A DNA stretch of 64,000 bases from an uncultured Hungatella sp. GTDB taxonomy: Bacteria; Bacillota; Clostridia; Lachnospirales; Lachnospiraceae. Shown in pieces: positions 26,596-37,605 of this stretch. The first letter of the stretch is position 1, and every line of letters starts with the position of its first letter. A program made the position numbers and the translations under genes. The notes beneath the pieces were generated by a model, which made no database searches, was not told the origin of the DNA, and was given only the letters and a program-made list of their open reading frames with translations. The DNA is taken from positions 29,837 through 93,836 of the forward strand of contig CAJTUV010000009.1 of NCBI GenBank assembly GCA_910579515.1, given 5' to 3'.

Positions 26596-28098
26596 ATGGA
26601 ATATCGAGACGAAGTGGAGAGAATGAGAGATCGGGGGAAAAGAAGGTCTTCTATGGGGCAGACAAGACAGAGAAGGCCCGAGAGGACACAGCTGGAGGTA
26701 ATTGATTTTAATGATTTTGACGACAGAGAAATAAGGCGCTTAAGTCAGAAGAAAAAAGCCAGGCGGAGGAGAAAGCGGGGGTTGTTGTTTTTTGAACTTC
26801 TTCTTTTGTGCATACTTCTTGCCGGAACCTACCTTTTCTTTTTTAAAAAGAAGGAGAGCAAGTACTGGACTGTGGCGGTGTTTGGCGTTGATTCCAGGGA
26901 CGGCGGATTGGAAAAGGATACCCACTCCGATGTGGAGATGGTGTGCGTGGTAAATCGGGAGACAGGAGAAATCCGCATTGTCTCCGTATTCAGAGATACC
27001 TATCTGCAGGTCAGCGAAGATGGAAAATATCACAAAATTAACCAGGCATATTTTGACGGCGGCCACAAGCAGGCTGTGGATGCATTAAACCGAAATCTGG
27101 ATTTACAGATCGACGATTACGCTACCTTTAACTGGAAGGCGGTCGCCCAGGCGATCAATATTTTGGGCGGCATCGATTTAGAGGTTTCGGACAGTGAGTT
27201 TCGCTACATAAATGGATTCATTACAGAGACGGTGAATTACACAGGAATCGGTTCCTATCAGCTGGAACATGCAGGAATGCAGCATCTGGACGGCGTACAG
27301 TCGGTCGCCTATGCCAGACTGCGGCTTATGGACACGGATTATCACCGGACGGCCAGACAGAGGCTGGTGCTTTCCCTTGCTATGGAAAAGGCGAAACAGG
27401 CGGATTTTAAGACTTTGACTGCTGTAGTAGGCGCGGTGTTCCCACAGATTTCTACCAGCATCGGAGTGGACGACCTCATTTCTTTGGCAAAAAATGTAAA
27501 GAAGTACCATTTGGGAGAAACAGGAGGATTTCCGTTTTCCAGAGGGGAAGCCGATGTAGGAAAGAAGGACTGCGTGGTTCCTATGACGTTGGAGAGCAAC
27601 GTGATTCAGCTTCATCAGTTTTTGTATGATGATATGGAATATCAGCCCTCTGCCACAGTAAGGCAGATCAGCGCGAAAATCGCATCGGACAGTGGACTTG
27701 GGCAGGTGGCGGAAAATGCTCCGGATGCAAAGGTGGGAGGAGGAAGTTCTTCCTCAGGCCAAAATTCCGAGACGCAGGCTCAGGTATCAGAAACTGTAGG
27801 AGAGACGATTCCAGAGGAGACTCTTCCCCCAGAGAGCGCGGCCGAGCCGGAATCTACAGAAAGTGTTATAGAGGAATCCACAGAGACTTCTTCGGAGTCT
27901 GTGCCGGAGAGTAAGGGGGAAAATGAGGAAAGTGCAGCAGGGCCCTCTGCTCCAGAGACCACAGAGGCTTTAGGCCCGGGAGGTCCTACGATTTCAGAAG
28001 AAAACAAGGGGCCTTCAGGCCCGATGAATCCGACTCAGGCGCCTCCTTCCCCAGGCGTTTTCCCAGGTCCGGGATCTGATTCTATGGAGGGGCCGTAA
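26596..28098 (+). CDS. LCP (LytR-CpsA-Psr) family protein with an acidic/Pro-rich tail
   Basis: Basic stretch plus TM; FGVDSR, SDV, VSVFRD, KINQAY and DYHRTARQR. Confidence 0.9.
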   Translation: MEYRDEVERMRDRGKRRSSMGQTRQRRPERTQLEVIDFNDFDDREIRRLSQKKKARRRRKRGLLFFELLLLCILLAGTYLFFFKKKESKYWTVAVFGVDSRDGGLEKDTHSDVEMVCVVNRETGEIRIVSVFRDTYLQVSEDGKYHKINQAYFDGGHKQAVDALNRNLDLQIDDYATFNWKAVAQAINILGGIDLEVSDSEFRYINGFITETVNYTGIGSYQLEHAGMQHLDGVQSVAYARLRLMDTDYHRTARQRLVLSLAMEKAKQADFKTLTAVVGAVFPQISTSIGVDDLISLAKNVKKYHLGETGGFPFSRGEADVGKKDCVVPMTLESNVIQLHQFLYDDMEYQPSATVRQISAKIASDSGLGQVAENAPDAKVGGGSSSSGQNSETQAQVSETVGETIPEETLPPESAAEPESTESVIEESTETSSESVPESKGENEESAAGPSAPETTEALGPGGPTISEENKGPSGPMNPTQAPPSPGVFPGPGSDSMEGP

Positions 28099-28269
28099 GG
28101 GGCAGTACAAAGAACATAAAAAATCGGCCTTGGCAGATTGAAAAGCCAAAGCCGATTAAAAAGGGGAGGATAAGTATTAATTTTCTCTGGTGTATGTCTA
28201 TAGTATTAGCCAGGATTTTCTTTTTATACATGTGATTTGAAAAAAATATTTTTATTGGAGGAGGAGAAT

Positions 28270-28839
28270 TTGAAAGAACTTTTACAAAAGTTACAATCGT
28301 TTCAGCCGTATAATGAGCAGGAGGCCAGAGATAAAGAAGTACTGATAAAACAAATCCAGACCCAGCCGGATGTTTTTCTGCGTTCTAATAAAACCAATCA
28401 TATCTCAGCTTCTGCCTGGGTGGTGAATCCCCAAAGAACAAAGGTGCTTATGGCTTATCACAACATTTACGATTCCTGGTCCTGGCTGGGGGGACATGCA
28501 GACGGGGATGTGGATTTGCTTTCTGTGGCGCTTCGGGAAGTGAGAGAAGAAAGCGGAGTGAAGGAGGTTAAGCCGGTAAGGGAGGAGATTTTTTCTGTTG
28601 AGGTTCTGACTGTGGACGGTCATGAAAAACATGGGAAATACGTTTCTTCTCACCTGCATTTGAATGTGACCTACCTTTTGGAGGTTTCGGAGTGGGAAAA
28701 ACTTCACATAAAAGAGGACGAAAACAGCAAGGTGGCCTGGTTTGGACTTGAGGAGGCAATTCAGGCTTCTACAGAGTCCTGGTTTCGGGAGAGGATTTAT
28801 GGGAAGCTGAATGAAAAGCTGATTCGATACGGATGGTAA
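28270..28839 (+). CDS. NUDIX hydrolase
   Basis: GGHADG...ALREVREESG Nudix box; TTG start with a GGAGG RBS. Confidence 0.9.
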   Translation: MKELLQKLQSFQPYNEQEARDKEVLIKQIQTQPDVFLRSNKTNHISASAWVVNPQRTKVLMAYHNIYDSWSWLGGHADGDVDLLSVALREVREESGVKEVKPVREEIFSVEVLTVDGHEKHGKYVSSHLHLNVTYLLEVSEWEKLHIKEDENSKVAWFGLEEAIQASTESWFRERIYGKLNEKLIRYGW

Positions 28840-28953
28840 GGAATTTGGCATTGCAAATTTAAGAAGTTTAGTATATACTAGACAAGTGTTAACCGGAGGC
28901 GGTTAGGAGCGTAAAGGCGCTTTAAAAAGCTTCAATTTAAGAGAAAGGGATGG

Positions 28954-29466
28954 ATGGATATGGCACTTTTAGAGACATGGCGGAATCTGGCTTATGGCGA
29001 TGGCTTGAATGATAAAGAGAGAGAAAATCTGTGGTCTGGATATTTTGCGATTGAGAAGGGGATCTACGAGCAGATTTTGTCTGCTCCTTCACAGGTGATT
29101 GAGGGAACGGTAAAGGAGCTGGCAGAAAAATATAACACAGAGCTGTTGATTATGACAGGTTTCCTGGATGGAATTAACGAAAGTCTAAAAGGATATGAGA
29201 ATCCAATCGACACCATGGAAGAGGATACGGTGGTTAAGATTGAGATTGATCCGGAAAAGCTGTATTATAATATGGTAGGCGCCAAAGCAGACTGGCTGTA
29301 CAATCTTCCTATGTGGGATGAGATTCTGACAGAGGAGAGAAGGAAAGAACTGTATAAAGAGCAGAAAGCCTCAGGGACTGTGGTGAAGGGTAAAAAGGTT
29401 GGAAGAAACGACCCATGCCCGTGCGGCAGCGGTCTGAAATATAAAAAGTGTTGCGGAAAGAATTAA
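28954..29466 (+). CDS. SEC-C metal-binding domain protein
   Basis: C-terminal [19 protein letters not shown]. Confidence 0.9.
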   Translation: MDMALLETWRNLAYGDGLNDKERENLWSGYFAIEKGIYEQILSAPSQVIEGTVKELAEKYNTELLIMTGFLDGINESLKGYENPIDTMEEDTVVKIEIDPEKLYYNMVGAKADWLYNLPMWDEILTEERRKELYKEQKASGTVVKGKKVGRNDPCPCGSGLKYKKCCGKN

Positions 29467-29552
29467 TAAGAGCAAAGAAGCAGATACCAGGCAGGTATAT
29501 CTGCTTCTTTTGAAATTTATCTGCATCTAAACTGTGAAAGGGAAGGAAATTG

Positions 29553-30185
29553 ATGGAAGACCAGAGCTTGTGCAAAAAACGCTGTGGCTGGTGTCAGGGA
29601 GACGAGGATTTGATACGCTACCATGATACCGAGTGGGCAGTTCCAACCCGTGATGATAAGACTCATTTTGAGTTTTTAACGCTGGAAATCATGCAGTGCG
29701 GGCTGAACTGGCGCATGATTTTGAGGAAGAGAGCCATTATCAACTCCTGCTTTGACGAGTTTGATTACCAGAAGGTTGCAGAATACGGTCCAAAAGAAGT
29801 AGAACGGATTTTAAAGACAGAGGGCATGATTAAAAACCGTCAGAAAGTGAGCGCCACCATCCAGAATGCCCGCTGTTTTTTGAAAGTCATTGAGGAGTTT
29901 GGAACCTTTGATGCATACATCTGGAAATTTACAGATGGAAAGCCTGTGTTATACGAGAGCCACAAGAATCCCGGAACTGTGATTGCAAGAAATGAGCTTT
30001 CGGATACCATTAGTAAGGATTTAAAAAAGAGGGGGTTTCAGTTTACGGGTTCGATTACGGTATATTCGTTTTTACAGGCCAGCGGGATCATCAACGACCA
30101 TGAGAGGGATTGTTTTCTGGATGAGGTTATCAGAAAGAAGTATCCGGCAGAGAGTGTAAATGACCTTGCAATCACTGACGATTGA
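29553..30185 (+). CDS. tag: DNA-3-methyladenine glycosylase I
   Basis: RCGW, YHDTEW, FEFLTLE..Q.GLNW and NDH..C zinc ligands. Confidence 0.92.
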   Translation: MEDQSLCKKRCGWCQGDEDLIRYHDTEWAVPTRDDKTHFEFLTLEIMQCGLNWRMILRKRAIINSCFDEFDYQKVAEYGPKEVERILKTEGMIKNRQKVSATIQNARCFLKVIEEFGTFDAYIWKFTDGKPVLYESHKNPGTVIARNELSDTISKDLKKRGFQFTGSITVYSFLQASGIINDHERDCFLDEVIRKKYPAESVNDLAITDD

Positions 30186-30284
30186 CAGGAATCGTACATA
30201 TAGAGATTTCATAGACTTCGCCTTTTAATTGTGCTATACTGAAGTTGGGACAGGATGAAATTTGCATGAGGTGGAGGTGACACA

Positions 30285-30473
30285 ATGCCAAGCGCAGCAG
30301 ATATTATTAAGGATTACGTTTCTGAATTTTCCAGATTGCAGAATTGGATGCTGGCAATTAGAGACACCAATCCAGACACGTACAATTCGATGCATGACAG
30401 ATATCTGGAGTTAAAAGTTACCTTGTCAAGTCTGGGCGTTAACCTTGCAGAATTGGACAAGATTAAAGAGTAA
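30285..30473 (+). CDS. Small hypothetical protein (62 aa)
   Basis: Own promoter (TAGACT-N17-TATACT, 30212-30240), GGAGGTGA RBS and a terminator after the stop. Confidence 0.75.
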   Translation: MPSAADIIKDYVSEFSRLQNWMLAIRDTNPDTYNSMHDRYLELKVTLSSLGVNLAELDKIKE

Positions 30474-30608
30474 TATGAACGAACAAAAAAGGGAGCGCTA
30501 AAGCATAAGGGCGGCGCTCTTTTTTTCTAAGCGATTATTTGGTTGACAAATTTTGTTGAGGTTGGTAAGATAAAAGCTAATTATTATTGAAAGAAAGCAG
30601 GCGTTATT

Positions 30609-31109
30609 ATGGGTCGAATTGTTTTATCATTGCTGGTGGATAATACTGCAGGCGTTTTAAGCCGTGTAGCTGGATTGTTCAGCCGCAGGGGCTATAATAT
30701 TGAAAGTTTGACCGTAGGTGTCACGGCGGATGAGCGATATTCCCGTATGACTGTGGTGTCTACTGGAGAGCAGGAGATTTTGGAACAGATAGAAAAGCAG
30801 CTCCGGAAACTGGAGGATGTGCTGGATATTAAGGAATTAAAACAAGGGCATTCTGTATATCGGGAACTGATTATGGTCAAGGTCAGGGCAAATGCAAATG
30901 AGAGACAGGCTATCAGCGCCATATCTGAGATTTTCCGCGCCACCATTGTGGATGTGGGAAGGGAGTCCCTAACGGTCATGCTGACAGGAGATCAGTCCAA
31001 ACTGGATGCTCTCATTAATTTGCTGGGCGACTATGAGATTCTGGAGCTGGCCAGAACCGGAATTACAGGTCTTTCCAGAGGCGCTGACGATGTTCGTTAT
31101 CTGCCATAG
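30609..31109 (+). CDS. ilvN: Acetolactate synthase small subunit
   Basis: GVLSRVAGLFSRRGYNIESL ACT domain; ELARTG. Confidence 0.95.
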   Translation: MGRIVLSLLVDNTAGVLSRVAGLFSRRGYNIESLTVGVTADERYSRMTVVSTGEQEILEQIEKQLRKLEDVLDIKELKQGHSVYRELIMVKVRANANERQAISAISEIFRATIVDVGRESLTVMLTGDQSKLDALINLLGDYEILELARTGITGLSRGADDVRYLP

Positions 31110-31197
31110 GGATTATCAGGAAAGGTTGACGCTAGCCGGACAGGGAAACCTGAAGGCCGTGCCTAACTATAAATTTTAAGAGAAGAAACTCTTTTAG

Positions 31198-32229
<1,032 letters not shown>

Positions 32230-32281
32230 TGGGATATGTCAGAATGAGAGCGCATGTGGAAATTACACTGCGCTCTTTTAT

Positions 32282-32311
32282 TTGCTTAAATTCGTATCTT
32301 TGTGGTAGAAT
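32282..32311 (+). promoter_or_regulatory. SigmaA promoter for the PHP-TCS-ABC locus
   Basis: TTGCTT-N18-TAGAAT with an extended TG, directly after the ilvC terminator (32246-32279). Confidence 0.55.
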
Positions 32312-32335
32312 GTTTGTAATAGGCGGCTCATCTTT

Positions 32336-32460
32336 TTGCAGGAGAAAGCACCTGCAAGAAGCATCGGATGTCCATCCGATGTGGAATTTGACAGGAATTT
32401 GGACTTACAAACAAGCTTGACGTCCCAAGTTCCGGTCAAATTCCACACCGTCTGAACGGT
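32336..32460 (+). other. Four consecutive hairpins (structured leader or palindromic repeat element)
   Basis: TTGCAGG/CCTGCAA; CATCGGATG/CATCCGATG; TGTGGAATTTGAC/GTCAAATTCCACA; ACCGT/ACGGT. Confidence 0.7.
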
Positions 32461-32489
32461 AACGAAAATTTTGAAAAGGGGAATCCTAT

Positions 32490-33275
32490 ATGAAGCGAGT
32501 GAATTACCACACCCACACCAGTTACTGCAGACACGCAAAGGGAACCGTGGCGGAGTATGCACAAGAGGCCAGAAAAAGTGGACTGGAGGTTCTTGGATTT
32601 TCTGACCATATTCCTTATCCGGGAAATCCTTTTGGGTATCGGATGGACAGGGAGGATTTGCAGGCGTATTGTCACGAGGTTTTGGCGGTGAAGGAACAGT
32701 ATAAAGGGGAGATGACCGTTTACTGTGGATTTGAGTCAGAATACGACAGAGAGTGGATACATTGGTATGAGGAATTATATGAGACAGGACAATGTGAGTA
32801 TCTTCTTCTGGGTCAGCACTGGTTTTGCGACGAGGAGGGAAGACGGTGGCAGACAGGAAACGTTCCTTCTACCACGCTGTATCCGGCCTACATAAGGCAG
32901 GTGCTGGAGGGAATGAAGACAGGGCTTTTTCAGGCTGTCGCCCATCCGGATTTGATTTTTATGAATGTCCATGCCTGGGATGAGAATTGTGATCTGGCCT
33001 GTGATTTGTTGGTGGAAGGGTGTGCAAAAGAAGGGTATCTTTTGGAATACAACGCCAACGGTTACCGCAGGGGAATCTGTGAGTTCGACGACGGGGAGCG
33101 TTTTCAGTATCCTCATAAAGGCTTGTGGGAAAAGGTTGCAAAGACCAGGATCCCCGTGGTGGTAGGCTCTGACTGTCACAGCCCGGGACTGATGTACGAC
33201 GAATTTGTTAAAAAGGCTTACAGAGAGGCAAAAGATATGGGCCTGAATCTGGTGACGGATATTTTCAACCGATAA
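32490..33275 (+). CDS. PHP-family phosphoesterase (HisJ / histidinol-phosphatase-like)
   Basis: NYHTHT..C.HA, FSDH, GQHW, AHPD and GSDCH. Confidence 0.88.
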   Translation: MKRVNYHTHTSYCRHAKGTVAEYAQEARKSGLEVLGFSDHIPYPGNPFGYRMDREDLQAYCHEVLAVKEQYKGEMTVYCGFESEYDREWIHWYEELYETGQCEYLLLGQHWFCDEEGRRWQTGNVPSTTLYPAYIRQVLEGMKTGLFQAVAHPDLIFMNVHAWDENCDLACDLLVEGCAKEGYLLEYNANGYRRGICEFDDGERFQYPHKGLWEKVAKTRIPVVVGSDCHSPGLMYDEFVKKAYREAKDMGLNLVTDIFNR

Positions 33276-33286
33276 AAGGGGAGCGT

Positions 33287-35065
33287 ATGAAACAATTTGA
33301 AAATTTCTGGGACAGAAAAAGTTTAAAATCAAAGCTTCTTTTGATTACCATTCCCACTTCCATCATCTCCAGTATGTTAATGCTGATTTTTGGCTATTAT
33401 ATTTTCAGCAGGTATGAGGAGAAAATGTATCAAATTGCCAGGCAGAATCTTCGCCTTGTAGTGACGAAAATGGAGAATGAGCTTATAGAGGCAGAAGAAC
33501 TGGGGATGGATCTGATCACCAATGAGACGGTTCAAAAGGCGTTAAAAAGTGAGCAGACCAACATTCGGACGAAACGAATCGCCATGGACTATATCCGCAT
33601 GGCTCAACAGGTATATAAGGTGATGCAGAGCAGTCTGGCAAAAAACAGGGATGTGTTCTCGATTTCTATTTTTGTGGAGGATGAGTGGTATTATGTGGGA
33701 AATGCAAACCGCTCTTACGACGCCTCGCTTTTGGAACAGGTACAGTTTGATCCATTAAAAAATCAGAATGGGATGCTTTGGTGCGCGGCCAATTACCCCA
33801 CAAGACGGCTTTATGGAATCCGCTCTATTAAAGATATATATCACGGCACCTTTCAAAATGAGGCGGTGCTGGTGATGGAGTTTGACCTGGAGGGGAGTAT
33901 AAACAGCGCTTTGAAAAGAAGCCTGGATACCTCGTTTGCCCAAGAGTTTGCCATCTATAACGGGGAGGCGGTTATTTATTCAGATATCAGCTTAAATTCC
34001 GGTATGGAGTGGGAAAAGGATTTTGATCATAAGATTGTGGCTGTTGATAAGAAACGATACTTTGCAGCCTATCTCAATGAGTCGGACTTTGGCTGGAAAT
34101 ATGTGTTTTTAGTAGATTATAATGATTTGTTTGGGGCTATGCAGCTAATGAAGTACGCCTTCTTCTTTTTTGCCCTCTGTATGACAGGAATCTCTATGAT
34201 CTATTGCCATAAGTTATCCCTCCTGATCACCAACCGGTTTGATTGGCTGCTTGGACGGATGAGGACAGTACAGAGAGGAAGTTTTTCTGTGGAGCAGAGA
34301 GCGCCTTTGGAGACCCAGGATGAGATTGGAATGGTGTGTCAACAGTTTGAGGACATGGTGGCGGCTTTAAATAAATTAATTCAGGACAATTATGTGAAGC
34401 AGATGCTGATTCAGGAAAACCAGTTAAAGGTGCTGCAAAATCAGATTAATCCCCATTTTCTGTTTAACACACTTCAGACTATCAACTGGAAGGCCAAGGA
34501 GAAAAGGGAGAAAGAGATTTCTGAGATTGCCGAGGCTCTGGGGAAACTGCTGCGCTACACCTTAAAAGAGGACAATGATCCGGCCAAGCTTTCCAAAGAG
34601 GTGGAGGTGCTGAAAAACTATCTCTTTATCCAGCAGGTCCGCTATGGGGAACGGCTGAGTGTTTGTATGGAGATTCCAAAGGATATGAAGGACAAGGAGA
34701 TTCCTAAATTGTCTTTGCAAAATCTTGTGGAAAATTCTATTAAGCATGCTCTGGAAAATATGCTGAAGCCCTGTGTTATCACGATCTGCGCCCGGTATAC
34801 AGACAAGGGGTATGAGATTTTGGTAGAGGACAATGGGCCCGGAATTCGAAAGGAATTTCGTGGGGAACAGACAGAGGATCCGGAAAAATGCGCCGGATTG
34901 GGAATCGGTCTAAAGAACATTCAGGGAAGGCTGCAGCTTCTTTTTTCTCAGGATTCCAGCTTAGAGATACGAAACACTGGTCATGGGACGCTGGCAAAAA
35001 TGGAAATACAAAAGAGGGAGTATGAAGATGGGGAAACAGAAAAAGAAGGTAATTCTGGTAGATGA
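33287..35065 (+). CDS. Sensor histidine kinase (YesM/LytS type)
   Basis: Two TMs, HAMP (DEIG), QINPHFLFNTL, QNLVENSIKH, DNGPG and GIGLKN. Confidence 0.93.
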   Translation: MKQFENFWDRKSLKSKLLLITIPTSIISSMLMLIFGYYIFSRYEEKMYQIARQNLRLVVTKMENELIEAEELGMDLITNETVQKALKSEQTNIRTKRIAMDYIRMAQQVYKVMQSSLAKNRDVFSISIFVEDEWYYVGNANRSYDASLLEQVQFDPLKNQNGMLWCAANYPTRRLYGIRSIKDIYHGTFQNEAVLVMEFDLEGSINSALKRSLDTSFAQEFAIYNGEAVIYSDISLNSGMEWEKDFDHKIVAVDKKRYFAAYLNESDFGWKYVFLVDYNDLFGAMQLMKYAFFFFALCMTGISMIYCHKLSLLITNRFDWLLGRMRTVQRGSFSVEQRAPLETQDEIGMVCQQFEDMVAALNKLIQDNYVKQMLIQENQLKVLQNQINPHFLFNTLQTINWKAKEKREKEISEIAEALGKLLRYTLKEDNDPAKLSKEVEVLKNYLFIQQVRYGERLSVCMEIPKDMKDKEIPKLSLQNLVENSIKHALENMLKPCVITICARYTDKGYEILVEDNGPGIRKEFRGEQTEDPEKCAGLGIGLKNIQGRLQLLFSQDSSLEIRNTGHGTLAKMEIQKREYEDGETEKEGNSGR

Positions 35066-35765
35066 CGAGAAAGCCATTGTGGAGAGCATCAGCAAAATTG
35101 TGGACTGGGAGTCTCATGGATTTACGCTCACAGACACATGCCTAAATGGGTTTCAGGCTTTGGAGGCCATAAAGAGGAGCCAGCCGGATATTGTGATTAC
35201 AGATATCAAGATGCCGGTTATTGACGGGATACAGTTGATTCAAAAGACCAGGGAGTTTAACGACCAGGTGATTTTTATCATCCTGTCAGGGTACGGAGAG
35301 TTTGAGCTTGCAAAGAGAGCGATGAAGGAAGGGGTCAGAGAGTTTTTATTAAAGCCCTGCAGCGAGGAGGAGATTATCGAGGCCCTGAAAAATTCCTGTG
35401 AGCCGAAACAAGAGGAGGAGGAGTGGGAGGAAAATCGGGATTTTGTGGAGATTATTCTTCGGTATCTGGAGGAGCATTATAAAGAGGAGAATCTGAATTT
35501 AAAATGGATTGCAAAGGAACTGGTGTTTTTGAACGAGGACTATATCAGCAAAAGATTCAGCCAGAAAACGGGAAGCCGGTTTACTTCTTATCTAAATAAA
35601 ATTCGGGTGGAGAAGGCGAAGGAGTATCTGATGGCAAACCCGGAGGCCAGCAATGAGAGAATAGCCAGCGAGGTGGGATTTGGAAATAATCCAAAGTATT
35701 TTGAAAAAGTCTTTAAAAAATATACAGGATGTACGCCTAAATCGTATCGAAAAAAGAATAGTTGA
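35028..35765 (+). CDS. Response regulator with an AraC-type HTH (YesN type)
   Basis: LVDDE, TDIKMP and FLLKP; C-terminal YFEKVFKKYTG. Confidence 0.92.
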   Translation: MGKQKKKVILVDDEKAIVESISKIVDWESHGFTLTDTCLNGFQALEAIKRSQPDIVITDIKMPVIDGIQLIQKTREFNDQVIFIILSGYGEFELAKRAMKEGVREFLLKPCSEEEIIEALKNSCEPKQEEEEWEENRDFVEIILRYLEEHYKEENLNLKWIAKELVFLNEDYISKRFSQKTGSRFTSYLNKIRVEKAKEYLMANPEASNERIASEVGFGNNPKYFEKVFKKYTGCTPKSYRKKNS

Positions 35766-35878
35766 GTAAAAATGACGGAAATTTACCCTATTTCTGTCGG
35801 TTATAACGGTTTTTTGTACAATGGACTTTCTTTATAATGAGATTACCTAAAACGAACAGGAAACAGGAGGATAATTTC

Positions 35879-37585
35879 ATGAAAAAAACGGTTAGTTTCA
35901 TGCTGGCGGCTGTGATGACAGCTACGATTTTAACAGGATGCGGCGGAAGCGGGAGCGGTAATTCCCAGACGGCGCAAGGGTCCCAGGCCAGCCAGGGAGG
36001 ACAGGAGGCTTCTAAGGAGACGCAGGCTTCGGGCGGCGGTTCGACGGAGGGAGGAGATATCACCTTTACCTTCTCCAAGGTGTCCTATCCAAGCGTCACT
36101 CTGCCAGACGGGCAGACCTCTGGGGATAATGTGGTTCTTGACTATATCAGGGACAAGTACCATGTGAATATGGTTCTGGACTGGCAGGCAGAGGCTTCGG
36201 AGTATAACAATAAGCTGTCGTTAAACATTGCTTCAGGAAGTCTTCCAGATATTTTTTACTGTGACAATTACCGTACCTTTTTGCAGCTGGCTCAGAACGG
36301 ACTTCTGGCAGATTTGACAGACATCTATGACGCAAACATTTCTGACACCATCAAGGCCATCGACAAATCTTACAACGGCAGGAACTTTGAGCCTGTGACT
36401 GTGGACGGAAGAATTATGGCTATTCCGGCAGGAAATCTGGACGGACAGCAGAACATTTTGTGGCTGAGAAAGGACTGGCTGGACAATCTTGGTCTGAAGG
36501 TTCCCGAAACCTTAGAGGAGCTGGAAGCGGTTCTCACGGCATTTGTAAACGACGATCCAGACGGAAACGGAGTGGATGACACCATAGGTCTGGTGGTATC
36601 TGCCACAGAGCCAGTGAAAGGATATAATCACCAGTATGGATTGGAGCCGATTTTCTATGCCTTTAACGCCTATCCTACGTATTGGATGTAGGATGATAAC
36701 GGAGAGGTTTACTATGGCTCTACAGGAAGCAACATGAAGGACGCTTTAAGCCTTCTTCACGACTGGTATGCCAAGGGGCTGATTGACAAGCAGTTTGCTA
36801 CCAGAATTGGTTCTGGCGAGACTGAGGCGGTTTTCACTTCTGGACAGGGCGGCGCTTTCTTTGGTCCGGTTCACGCTTCCAGTATCACAGAAGCTTTCAC
36901 CAACAACCCAGACGTAGAGCTGGTTCCGGTCAATGCGCCTCTTTCTGCAGACGGAAAACTTAATTATGTGCTTCCTTCTCCAATGTCTTCCATGTTGTGT
37001 ATCAGCGCCAAGTGTGCAGATCCTGCAAAGGCTATCGAGATTATCGGAATCGGCAATGACCTGTACAGAGGTTTTGACGAGGAGGCCAATGAAATCTTTA
37101 ATGCAGCCAAGATTGCTCCGTCCAGCAACGGACGTCGTGCCGTATTCCCACAGGGCGCAGCGACATATGATTATTTTGACATCATTGAGACTGTAGGAAA
37201 GGTTACCAAAGATAATATTGAGACCGGTTCCTATACTCCTTATGACGGAATTACCCAGTATGACAAGGATCAGATTGATTTAGCAACCGGTTTTGCAGAC
37301 GGAAGCAACCGGAATGAGGTTTCTTTTAAGGCTTATTATTACCGCTATGTGGCAAGCCAGCTCTTAAGCGACAGCAAGATCAACGCTCTGGACGCCGCTT
37401 ACTACTACACCACAGATTCCAGTGCATCTTTACAGACAGAACTTGACACCTTAGAGCAGGAAATGTATTTGAGCATTATCATCGGCGATAAGAGTGTGGA
37501 TTATTTTGACGAGTTCGTAAAACAGTGGAACAGCATTGGCGGAGAGACTTTGCTGAGCGAGGTGAAGGAAGTCGTTCAGAATTAA
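35879..37585 (+). pseudogene. ABC solute-binding lipoprotein interrupted by one in-frame TAG at 36689-36691
   Basis: Lipobox LTGC, SGSLPD and WLRKDWLDNLGL; the two track ORFs are in the same frame: ...YWM*DDNGEVYYGSTGSNMKDAL... Confidence 0.85.
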
Positions 37586-37605
37586 ATGCGGGAGGGTGAA
37601 AACGT

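Noticed and set aside
36689..36691. Genome-wide TAG reassignment
   Set aside because: Several conserved genes in the window end at TAG at apparently normal lengths, and no pyl genes are seen here
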